Source: an uncultured Isosphaeraceae bacterium (GTDB lineage: Bacteria; Planctomycetota; Phycisphaerae; Phycisphaerales; SM1A02). Taken from it: a stretch of 64,000 nucleotides of DNA. Position 1 is the stretch's first letter; each line of letters starts with the position of its first letter. The notes under the pieces are model-generated. The model worked only from the letters and a program-made list of their open reading frames with translations. It searched no databases and had not been told where the DNA came from. Location: positions 42,516 to 106,515 of the forward strand of contig CAYSYI010000001.1 of the NCBI GenBank assembly GCA_964435395.1. The letters are read 5' to 3'. Positions 18,815-26,630 of the stretch are shown piece by piece. The position numbers were made by a program, and so were the translations under genes.

Positions 18815-19606
18815 GTGGCTAAGAAGAAGACAACAAAGAAAAAAACTGCAAAAAAGAAGGCTTCTCGGAAGACCTCCAAAAAGGCTGCTAAAAAGAAGGT
18901 TCTGAAGAAAATTGCCACAAAGAAAAAAGTTGCGAAGAAGAAGACAGCAAAAAAAGTTGCCAAAAAAACTGTAAAGAAAAAGTCTGCTCCTAAAAAAGTT
19001 GCAAAGAAATCCGCAAAAAAGATCGCAAAAAAAACGGCTGTTCGTAAACGAAGACGACGTGGCGTTTCAGTGTCCGATGCTGCTCGAGAAGAAGAAGCAG
19101 ACGAACATGGTTTTGTATACATCAATGGTCGCCGAGTCAGACTGATTGCTTCAAATGGACTTGCGAAAAAGAAACGTCGTTCAAAAGCGAAAACTACAAT
19201 CGGTGGTGAGAAGAAAGCGATTTCCTTAAAAACAAAACTAACGGCTAAGGAACTTCGAGATTTCCGAGATCGTTTACTAAAATACCGTGCGCAACTTCTT
19301 GTTGACCTTGGAGCGATTGAGAAAGAAGCTCTTGATGCTAATTCGGACATCAGCCACATGCCAATTCACATGGCGGATGTAGGAAGTGATGCATACGATC
19401 AAGATTTGAAATTAGGAATGGCTGCAAGTGAACGAAAAAGAATTCATGATATTGAAGAAGCTCTTGTTCGTATAAAGAAAAAAACGTATGGTGTTTGTCA
19501 TCTCACCGGTGAAAAAATACCCAATGTACGTCTCCGTGCTAAACCATGGGCAAAGTACACATTGGAATCGGCCGAAAAAGTAGAACGAAGAACGAGTAGA
19601 AGATGA
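18815..19606 (+). CDS. DksA/TraR-family regulator fused to an N-terminal lysine/alanine-rich histone-H1-like tail
   Basis: The first ~83 aa are KKxAKK repeats. The C-terminal part has HMADVGSDAYDQD...IEEALVRIKKKTYGVCHLTGEKIPNVRLRAKPWAKYTLES, which is DksA-like but retains only one Cys of the usual four. Confidence 0.75.
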   Translation: MAKKKTTKKKTAKKKASRKTSKKAAKKKVLKKIATKKKVAKKKTAKKVAKKTVKKKSAPKKVAKKSAKKIAKKTAVRKRRRRGVSVSDAAREEEADEHGFVYINGRRVRLIASNGLAKKKRRSKAKTTIGGEKKAISLKTKLTAKELRDFRDRLLKYRAQLLVDLGAIEKEALDANSDISHMPIHMADVGSDAYDQDLKLGMAASERKRIHDIEEALVRIKKKTYGVCHLTGEKIPNVRLRAKPWAKYTLESAEKVERRTSRR

Positions 19607-20241
19607 CGCACTCCGCTTGGCGTTCGCCACGGGCGTGGGTAATTTTACTAGCTGTTACGTTCATTGGTTTTACTGCTGATATATATACTAAATCAGTTGC
19701 GTTTCAAAATATAACAAGTTCTCCAGTCATCCTTGAACGAGACCAACTTCTCTCAAATCCAAACTGGACGCCAATCCCAATGCACCAGGGAGTTGTTGCA
19801 ATTCCAGGCAGAATTTTAAATTTTCGGCTCGTTCTAAATGACGGTGCTATTTTTGGAATTGGGTCAAGACAACGAGTCTTTTTTATTACCTTCACGCTCA
19901 TTGCGTTGTTGATTGCTGGATGGATTTTCGGGCGGCACACAACAAGTAAAAACGTCATTGCCCACATTGCCTTAGGACTTATCCTTGGTGGAGGCCTCGG
20001 CAATTTATATGACAGGATTTTTATTGGTCGCGTTCGGGATTTTATGTATCTCTTTCCAGATCGCCACTTACCGTTTGAATTGTCTTGGCCAGGAAGCAAC
20101 TCAGAATTATTCCCATGGATTTTTAATACGGGCGACGTACTACTCTTAACTGGGATGGGTCTCTTGATGATCTTCTTCTGGCGTCAACCTAACCAAGCAG
20201 TTCAGAAACCTGACTCGGTGAAATCAAATCTTCCTGAGTAA
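19603..20241 (+). CDS. lspA: lipoprotein signal peptidase II
   Basis: NDGAIFGIG, GGGLGNLYDR and FNTGDVLL motifs. ATGA overlap with the upstream gene. Confidence 0.85.
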   Translation: MTHSAWRSPRAWVILLAVTFIGFTADIYTKSVAFQNITSSPVILERDQLLSNPNWTPIPMHQGVVAIPGRILNFRLVLNDGAIFGIGSRQRVFFITFTLIALLIAGWIFGRHTTSKNVIAHIALGLILGGGLGNLYDRIFIGRVRDFMYLFPDRHLPFELSWPGSNSELFPWIFNTGDVLLLTGMGLLMIFFWRQPNQAVQKPDSVKSNLPE

Positions 20242-20905
20242 GAAACTCTGGCAAATTTTCTAGTTGTTTTGAAATCTCAAGCGTAAACTTGCCAACTTCG
20301 GTTCGACGTATTTCGGTGCAATAACCGCCCGTTCCAAGTTGCTTACCTAAATCCCGAGCAAGAGAACGAACATAAAAACCTTTCGTGCACGCAATGTCAA
20401 TCGTAACAAATGGCCATGAATACGAAGAGACAGAAATGTTATGGACTGTTACTTGCCGAGGTTCGATGGTGACGTCTTTTCCCTTTCGAGCAACAGCATA
20501 GGCTCGATGACCACCTACTTTTACTGCACTAAATATGGGTGGCACTTGCATAATTTCACCTAAAAATGTTTGTACCGCTGCTGCAACTTCATCTTCTGTT
20601 GGAACTACTTTTATATCGATTTCTTCGCGGGGTGATTCGCAATCGTGACCAGCGGTCGTTGCAGACAAATCGATTACCGTTGTGTAGCGCTTCGCTGTAT
20701 TCATCATCAACCCCAATTTTTTCGTCATTTTCCCAATCCCTAAGACCAAGACACCTGTTGCAAGTGGGTCAAGGGTGCCTGCGTGCCCTGTCTTGGCTCT
20801 ATGACATTTACGGCGAATGAGATTCACCATAGACATCGATGTTGGGCCTCTAGGCTTATCGATTACGATGACGCCACATAAATCAGGTTTGCTTGCTCGC
20901 TCCAT
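20189..20905 (-). CDS. truB: tRNA pseudouridine(55) synthase
   Basis: VIDKPRGPTS and GHAGTLDPLATGVLVLGIG motifs. Start trimmed from 20962 because the extension would overlap tRNA-Ser. Confidence 0.9.
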   Translation of the reverse strand: MERASKPDLCGVIVIDKPRGPTSMSMVNLIRRKCHRAKTGHAGTLDPLATGVLVLGIGKMTKKLGLMMNTAKRYTTVIDLSATTAGHDCESPREEIDIKVVPTEDEVAAAVQTFLGEIMQVPPIFSAVKVGGHRAYAVARKGKDVTIEPRQVTVHNISVSSYSWPFVTIDIACTKGFYVRSLARDLGKQLGTGGYCTEIRRTEVGKFTLEISKQLENLPEFLTQEDLISPSQVSELLG

Positions 20906-20929
20906 GTCGGTACAATACCTCTCTTCACT

Positions 20930-21017
20930 GGACAGGTGACCGAGCGGCTGATGGTGCAGCACTGGAAATGCTGTGTGCGCCTTGTGCGTACCGAGGGTTC
21001 GAATCCCTCCCTGTCCG
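20930..21017 (+). tRNA. tRNA-Ser (anticodon GGA), long variable arm
   Basis: Hand-folded cloverleaf: acceptor GGACAGG/CCTGTCC, anticodon stem CAGCA/TGCTG with loop CTGGAAA, 6-bp variable stem, T-arm GAGGG-TTCGAAT-CCCTC. No encoded CCA. Confidence 0.85.
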
Positions 21018-21021
21018 TTTG

Positions 21022-21096
21022 CGGGCTGTAGCGCAGCTTGGTTAGCGCGCCTGACTGGGGGTCAGGAGGTCGGAGGTTCAAATCCTCTCAGCCCGA
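21022..21096 (+). tRNA. tRNA-Pro (anticodon GGG)
   Basis: Acceptor CGGGCTG/CAGCCCG, D-stem GCGC/GCGC, anticodon stem CCTGA/TCAGG with loop CTGGGGG, T-loop TTCAAAT. It starts 4 nt after tRNA-Ser. Confidence 0.85.
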
Positions 21097-21105
21097 CTCT
21101 GAAGT

Positions 21106-21130
21106 AACCCCGCAAATGCGGGGTTATTTC
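21106..21130 (+). terminator. rho-independent terminator after the tRNA pair
   Basis: AACCCCGC-AAAT-GCGGGGTT followed by ATTTC. Confidence 0.6.
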
Positions 21131-21174
21131 AAAGTCGATAATTGCTGTCGAAACAATCGCAATTTGGGTATTTC

Positions 21175-21185
21175 GGGTCTGACCC
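21175..21185 (+). repeat. GGGTCTGACCC motif copy
   Basis: tttcGGGTCTGACCCTAGtagc, downstream of tRNA-Pro on the same strand. Confidence 0.8.
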
Positions 21186-21308
21186 TAGTAGCATCCAACT
21201 CTGGCAATTCGAAATTATTGCCTCGGAGGAATTTTATTACCGCTTGTTCTTGTAAACAGTTGTAAATATGTGACTTGCCTACCCTAGAGCAACAAAAAAT
21301 CCAAGGAA

Positions 21309-21330
21309 TTAATTGGCTCTGAGCTAATTA
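21309..21330. repeat. palindromic hairpin element TTAATTGGCTC-TG-AGCTAATTA (copy 2 of 3)
   Basis: Same core as the copy at 7763, with one G-T wobble position. Confidence 0.8.
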
Positions 21331-21403
21331 TGCCTTTCCGCAGGAGGTAGAAAAAACGCTTTGCTTTTTAACTCAAAAAAGCAGATTGGTTATAGTCGCA
21401 CCA

Positions 21404-21424
21404 TTAATTGGCTCTGAGCTAATT
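21404..21424. repeat. palindromic hairpin element (copy 3 of 3)
   Basis: Identical 21-mer to copy 2, 95 nt away, abutting the stop codon of the YkgJ-like gene. Confidence 0.8.
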
Positions 21425-21849
21425 TATTTGGATTCGCGTTGAATGCGAATTTCGGAAGATGAAATCAGTTTTCCACCGCCCATACCAGGGCAAGGCGTTT
21501 CCTTTTTGGCTCTGAGCCAAGAAGCTTCGGATGTAAGGTTCTCTGGCCAAAAGGGCCATGATCGGCATTGAGATGGACGAGCACCGTACAATTTACAACT
21601 TGGCTTTGTGGTTTCCCGATCCAAAAAAACGCAGTCATGATTGCCGTCAATCAAATTTTCCGTCAAGGACCATCTTGTACCGACCATTCTCGTATACCGC
21701 TGATAAAAATCTTCAACAGTAATATCAAGTACTTTGGCCATTGCACGTCCCTCCTCGTCCGTAAACCAGACTGCCCCGGGCGGTCCTGTGCAACAATTCC
21801 CACACTGGGTGCAGGAAAACCGAAGTCCATCTTCAAACCAATCGCTCAT
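21424..21849 (-). CDS. YkgJ-family (UPF0153) cysteine-cluster protein
   Basis: CTQCGNCCTGPPG...CVFLD...CKLYGARPSQCRSWPFW, a CxxCxxCC zinc/iron-chelating pattern. Confidence 0.75.
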   Translation of the reverse strand: MSDWFEDGLRFSCTQCGNCCTGPPGAVWFTDEEGRAMAKVLDITVEDFYQRYTRMVGTRWSLTENLIDGNHDCVFLDRETTKPSCKLYGARPSQCRSWPFWPENLTSEASWLRAKKETPCPGMGGGKLISSSEIRIQRESK

Positions 21850-21920
21850 GTGCTGTATCGTATATCATCAAACAGGTACTAGACAAGCCTTGCACTTGCA
21901 AACCTTAGGAGCTCGCTTTC

Positions 21921-23723
21921 ATGGAATTTAACATAAACGACGTCATCAACACAATCAATAAGATTTTCTTTCATGACCACGTGGTCTACGCCCTGCTTGC
22001 GACCGGCGTGCTCTTCACACTTTGGACGGGTTTTGGTCAATACCGAGCCCTCACCCACGGCGTCGAAGTAACTCGAGGCAAGTTTGATAAAAAAGATGAC
22101 CCAGGAGCCATCAGCCACTTCCAAGCTCTTTCCGCTGCACTCTCCGCAACCATCGGCTTAGGTAACATCGCGGGCGTCGCACTTGCAATTGCACTTGGCG
22201 GCCCAGGCGCCGTCTTCTGGATGTGGGTTATCGGTTTGCTCGGCATGGCACTCAAAATGACTGAAGTCACGCAGTCCATGCTCAGTCGAGATTTGTCCGA
22301 TCCAAACAATCCACACGGCGGACCTATGTACGTTGTTGACAGTCTGTTCAAAAAAGCTGGCGGTCGTTTTGGCGCAACTATCGGTGGTATCTTTTGTCTC
22401 ACGCTTATTCTCTCTGCAATCACTGGCGGAAACATGTTCCAAGCATGGAACGTCGCCGCCGTCACGACGCAATATTTTGACGTTCCTGGCGTTTCCGAAA
22501 TGGCAAAGACCGATGGCTTTAATCCAGAAACATTTGCAATCGGCATCATCCTCGCCATTATCGTTGGCAGCGTCATCATCGGAGGAATCAAACGAATCGG
22601 CTTGGTCGCTGGAAAACTCGTGCCGTTCATGTGCGGGCTCTACCTCATCGCGGGCATCATTGTCCTTCTTATGAACGTAAGCGCGATTCCAGAAATCATA
22701 ATGGAAATCTTTAAGTATGGCCTCGGCTTTGGCGACGCTTCTGCCGGAGGCGCATTCATTGGTGGCACGTTTGGCTACGCCATGATGTGGGGAATCAAAC
22801 GCGCGCTCTTTAGTTCTGAAGCGGGCCAAGGTTCTGCTCCTGTTGCGCACGCTGCAGCGAAGTGCGAAGAACCTGTTCGCGAAGGTATCGTTGCTGGCCT
22901 TGGACCATTCGTTGATACACTCGTTGTCTGTACAGTTACAGCTCTCATCATCCTCACAACTGGTGCTTGGAACCGTGAAGCAGAAGCAACTTTTGCGGAT
23001 GATGCTCCCATCACCCTTGAACTCAACGGTGATGCATGGACACTCACTACACCAGCGCTACCACATAAAAACGAAGAAGCAAAACTTACTAATCTTGTTG
23101 ATGAAGATGAAACTGGATGGTCATTAAATGACTCGGTCTTCATGATGATAAACGCAAGTCCAAATGGCGACACTGGAAACAACCAGCACCGCATCGAAGG
23201 TACTGTTGTTGCGAATGACGATGGCGAACTTGCTGTTAACTGGAACACCATCGATCTTGAACTAGATAAAGAAAAAAACCAAATACCAGTCACGTTAATG
23301 GGCAATGGCATTTGGGCGAATTATCCCGGAGCAAGCTTGACGGCTCATGCTTTTGACCGTTCCATTCCTGGGCTTGGCAAATGGCTTGTAGTCATTGCGT
23401 GTTGGCTCTTTGCAATTTCAACCATGATTTCGTGGAGTTATTACGGCGAGCAGGGTGTTATCTATATCTTTGGCAAAGAAGGCGCGGTCTCGACTTTTGC
23501 CGTAACTTTCTATCGCATGGCGTACACCGTTCTCGTCGCCGTTTCAACAATCGGATTTATTACAACCGATGCGGAACTTGATATGTGGACAACACTTGGT
23601 CTTGGTGCCATGCTTGTCGCGAACATTCCAATCATGTGGATTTATGGACCTAAAGCAATGCGAGCCTATCACGCCTACATTGGAAAACTTAAACGAGGTG
23701 AGTTTACGCAAAACGGAGAATAA
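21921..23723 (+). CDS. alanine/glycine:cation symporter (AGCS family) with a ~115-aa loop insertion
   Basis: FQALSAALSATIGLGNIAGVALAIALGGPGAVFWMW, FSSEAGQGSAPVAHAAA and ISWSYYGEQ motifs. 600 aa, against roughly 450-500 aa typical for the family. Confidence 0.85.
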   Translation: MEFNINDVINTINKIFFHDHVVYALLATGVLFTLWTGFGQYRALTHGVEVTRGKFDKKDDPGAISHFQALSAALSATIGLGNIAGVALAIALGGPGAVFWMWVIGLLGMALKMTEVTQSMLSRDLSDPNNPHGGPMYVVDSLFKKAGGRFGATIGGIFCLTLILSAITGGNMFQAWNVAAVTTQYFDVPGVSEMAKTDGFNPETFAIGIILAIIVGSVIIGGIKRIGLVAGKLVPFMCGLYLIAGIIVLLMNVSAIPEIIMEIFKYGLGFGDASAGGAFIGGTFGYAMMWGIKRALFSSEAGQGSAPVAHAAAKCEEPVREGIVAGLGPFVDTLVVCTVTALIILTTGAWNREAEATFADDAPITLELNGDAWTLTTPALPHKNEEAKLTNLVDEDETGWSLNDSVFMMINASPNGDTGNNQHRIEGTVVANDDGELAVNWNTIDLELDKEKNQIPVTLMGNGIWANYPGASLTAHAFDRSIPGLGKWLVVIACWLFAISTMISWSYYGEQGVIYIFGKEGAVSTFAVTFYRMAYTVLVAVSTIGFITTDAELDMWTTLGLGAMLVANIPIMWIYGPKAMRAYHAYIGKLKRGEFTQNGE

Positions 23724-24804
23724 TCTCTGCTGCTTCCCTGCTCGGGCTGTGCTCTGCATAGACCTCAGTTTCATCTTGTAGTTGCTCACGCATCTTTTGC
23801 ATTGCTTCTTCGTCACTGAGCAAAGCAATTGCGACTTCTGCAATCTTCCCTGCAATATTTCCACAAGGAATAAACTCTGGCACAATTCTCTTACCTGCAA
23901 TTAAGTTGGGCAGTAATCGATGCGGTGTATTCAACATTATTTTTGAGCCGACCATCGATAACGGGTTCACTTTATACATGCCTATCATTGGGGTCGCGTG
24001 ATTCATACAATGCAGCGAAACCGTTCCCGATACATTCAGTGCAAGATCTGCCCATTCCAACACGCTCGGCAATTCATCTGCGACAATTTGTAAGCCCTTC
24101 GCGTATGGCGTAACACGATCACAGTCTTCACCTCGACACGCTATGACTGCTTCTGTTCCTGGAAACTCTGAGCAAATTCGACTTAGTATTTCTTGTTGCA
24201 TCGGAAGATTTTTTTTAATTTCACGATTGCGGGAACCAGGAAGCAATACGATGTTTGGAATGCCCCCTGGAAGTTCAATGTTTTTTATTTCCTTGTTCTT
24301 CATCGCAGGATGTCCAATGAAGGTCGCAGGCATACCACGCGATTCAAACCACTCAGGTTCAAATGGAAGCAAACACATTACGTGGCTACTCAAGCGTTTC
24401 ATTTTTTTAATTCGCCACGGGGCCCATGCCCAAAGTTGCGGTGCTGCAAGGTGTACAACCATGCACCCATGTTTTCTTGCAACTTTACAAACCGGCCAGT
24501 TCGCTGCAGGCGAATCAACCGCAACAACAACATCCGGCTTGTGTTTTGAAATCCAAGTTTCAACTAAGTCAACAAGTCGTTTAATTCTTTTTATTTCGGA
24601 GATCGCACCAACTCCCATTGCCGCCTCTTTGGTTGTGTGTTCAAGCAATTCCACTCCTGCAGATTCCATCAACGCGCCACCCAACCCAACGATTCGAATG
24701 CCAGGTTTTATATCCTTCAGCCCATTTGTCGCCATCGCACCAAGTGCGTCACCGCTTGGCTCAAATGCGGTCATGAGAATTGTCGTTGTGCTTGTTGTGT
24801 TCAT
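23704..24804 (-). CDS. lpxB: lipid-A-disaccharide synthase
   Basis: ILMTAFEPSGDALGA, VDSPAANW, LAAPQLWAWAPWR and LLPGSRNREI motifs. Start trimmed from 24861. Confidence 0.85.
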   Translation of the reverse strand: MNTTSTTTILMTAFEPSGDALGAMATNGLKDIKPGIRIVGLGGALMESAGVELLEHTTKEAAMGVGAISEIKRIKRLVDLVETWISKHKPDVVVAVDSPAANWPVCKVARKHGCMVVHLAAPQLWAWAPWRIKKMKRLSSHVMCLLPFEPEWFESRGMPATFIGHPAMKNKEIKNIELPGGIPNIVLLPGSRNREIKKNLPMQQEILSRICSEFPGTEAVIACRGEDCDRVTPYAKGLQIVADELPSVLEWADLALNVSGTVSLHCMNHATPMIGMYKVNPLSMVGSKIMLNTPHRLLPNLIAGKRIVPEFIPCGNIAGKIAEVAIALLSDEEAMQKMREQLQDETEVYAEHSPSREAAEIILRFA

Positions 24805-24839
24805 AGAACAAATTCCGAGTGCGGGGGTACAATACCCGA

Positions 24840-26630
24840 ATGCTGAAAAGAACATGTACATGTGGTGAGCCTCGGAAAGAAAATGCTGAGGATACGATTA
24901 CACTCAGTGGTTGGGTAAACACCTATCGCGACCAAGGCAAAGGGCTCGTTTTTATCGATTTGCGCGACCGATATGGCTTAACCCAAGTCGTATTCGATGC
25001 CGAAGACACCCCAGAAAGTGTGATGGAACTTGGTGCATCACTGAGGCGAGAAGATGTTGTTAGCGTGACTGGCGAAATTCGCGTGCGAGACGGCAAGCCC
25101 AACAAAAAACTCGAGACCGGTGATATTGAACTCGTTGCAAGAGAAATAGAAGTCATCAACCGAACTGCGAAACTTCCGATCCTTCCAGATGATCATGAAG
25201 CAGACAAAATCGGCGAAGAGCATCGACTTCGGTATCGTTACATTGATTTGCGTAGACCAAAAATGCAAAAAATTCTAGCGCTTCGACATAAAATTACACA
25301 GTTCACACGTAATTTTTTTACGGACCACAATTTTCTTGAAATAGAAACTCCCCTACTGATTACGCCAACTCCAGAAGGCGCTCGCGATTTTATTGTTCCA
25401 TCAAGACATCAATCGGGTTGTTGGTACGCTCTTCCACAGAGTCCCCAAATTTTTAAACAAATTTTAATGGTCGCTGGATGTGACAAGTACTTACAAATTT
25501 GCAAATGCCTGCGCGATGAAGATCCTCGCGCAGACCGCCAAGCGGAGTTCACGCAAATTGACCTTGAAATGAGTTTCGTTGACCAAGATGACGTGCTTAC
25601 TCTTATGAGCGAGTTTGCAACTAGGTTATATAAAGAAGTTGGTGACATTGACCTTGGCGAACTCCCACAAATGTCTTGGAAAGTTGCGATGGACAACTAC
25701 GGATCAGACCGACCTGACATCCGTTTCGATTTACAACTAAATGATATTACAGATATTGCAAGCAAAACTGAGTTCAAAGTCTTCAACGAAGTATGCGATT
25801 CCGGCGGATCAGTCAAAGCAATGCGAGTCCCAGGCGGCGCTGAAAAACTTAGCAGAAAAAAAACGGACGCGTATGCAGAAATTGCAAAAACATATGGGGC
25901 AGGCGGTTTGCCTGTTGTCAAATACCAAGATGGCGAATTTGTGACTGGCGTTGCTAAGTTTGTTACACCAATCAAAGACGAACTCGTCGAAACACTTGGG
26001 CTAGAAGATGGCGACATTGTGATGTTTGGTGTTGGTTCGTACCGAGTGGCGTGCACCGCACTTGGAGAAGTGCGTCTCGCTGTTGCCAAGGAATTAGACC
26101 TCATCCCTGAAGGCATGTTTCGCGGTCTTTGGGTTATCGATTTTCCAATGTTTGACTGGAATGAAGATGCACAGCGCTGGGTTAGCGAACACCATCCGTT
26201 TACTGCTCCTTTGGAATCGCACATCGACATCCTCGAAACCGACCCCCGAAATTGTCTCTCCTCGGGGTACGACCTCGTCATTAACGGTGCTGAAGTCGGC
26301 GGTGGCTCGATTCGTATCCACTCCCCCGAAGTTCAATCAAAAGTTTTCGGACTTCTAGGTTTGTCTACCGAAGAAGCCGAAGACAAGTTTGGCTTCCTCT
26401 TGAACGCACTTCGTTTTGGTGCACCACCACATGGGGGTGTTGCATTTGGTCTTGACCGCCTCGTCATGATGATGATTGGCACAGATAACATTCGAGACGT
26501 CATCGCATTTCCAAAAACGCAAACTGGTGCTGACCTCATGTGTGAAGCTCCCGGGATAGCGGATCCAAACCAACTCGACGAACTCGGCATCATTATGAGA
26601 GAACCTGTTGACGCCACAACTCAAGAGTAA
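24840..26630 (+). CDS. aspS: aspartyl-tRNA synthetase (bacterial type with GAD insertion)
   Basis: MLKRTCTCGE N-terminus. Class II motifs FRDEDPRADRQAEFTQID, GGGSIRIH and GLDRLVMM. Start trimmed from 24819. Confidence 0.95.
   Translation: MLKRTCTCGEPRKENAEDTITLSGWVNTYRDQGKGLVFIDLRDRYGLTQVVFDAEDTPESVMELGASLRREDVVSVTGEIRVRDGKPNKKLETGDIELVAREIEVINRTAKLPILPDDHEADKIGEEHRLRYRYIDLRRPKMQKILALRHKITQFTRNFFTDHNFLEIETPLLITPTPEGARDFIVPSRHQSGCWYALPQSPQIFKQILMVAGCDKYLQICKCLRDEDPRADRQAEFTQIDLEMSFVDQDDVLTLMSEFATRLYKEVGDIDLGELPQMSWKVAMDNYGSDRPDIRFDLQLNDITDIASKTEFKVFNEVCDSGGSVKAMRVPGGAEKLSRKKTDAYAEIAKTYGAGGLPVVKYQDGEFVTGVAKFVTPIKDELVETLGLEDGDIVMFGVGSYRVACTALGEVRLAVAKELDLIPEGMFRGLWVIDFPMFDWNEDAQRWVSEHHPFTAPLESHIDILETDPRNCLSSGYDLVINGAEVGGGSIRIHSPEVQSKVFGLLGLSTEEAEDKFGFLLNALRFGAPPHGGVAFGLDRLVMMMIGTDNIRDVIAFPKTQTGADLMCEAPGIADPNQLDELGIIMREPVDATTQE

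Noticed and set aside
18787-19359. 190-aa minus-strand ORF rich in Phe (FFFAVFFF...)
   Set aside because: It is the antisense mirror of the AAG/AAA-rich lysine tail of the DksA-like gene. Its composition is an artefact of the complementary repeat.
20906-20962. N-terminal extension of truB in the ORF track
   Set aside because: It would overlap tRNA-Ser on the opposite strand, and an internal ATG gives a canonical TruB N-terminus. Similar trimming was applied to ubiD, proC, accA, lpxB, aspS, ald, csrA, fabD, the DAACS gene and the asnB-like gene.
21097-21423. Region after the tRNA-Ser/tRNA-Pro pair considered as a genomic-island integration site
   Set aside because: There is no integrase, no direct repeat of a tRNA 3' end and no foreign-looking genes. 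It holds only a terminator and REP-like hairpins.
24143-24868. 241-aa plus-strand ORF
   Set aside because: It is entirely antisense to lpxB, which has strong family motifs, so it is a typical shadow ORF. The same reasoning applies to 22037-22850 (antisense to the AGCS gene), 25697-26281 (aspS), 62679-63233 (fabD), 9967-10469 (DUF697 gene) and 15137-15625 (ABC ATPase).
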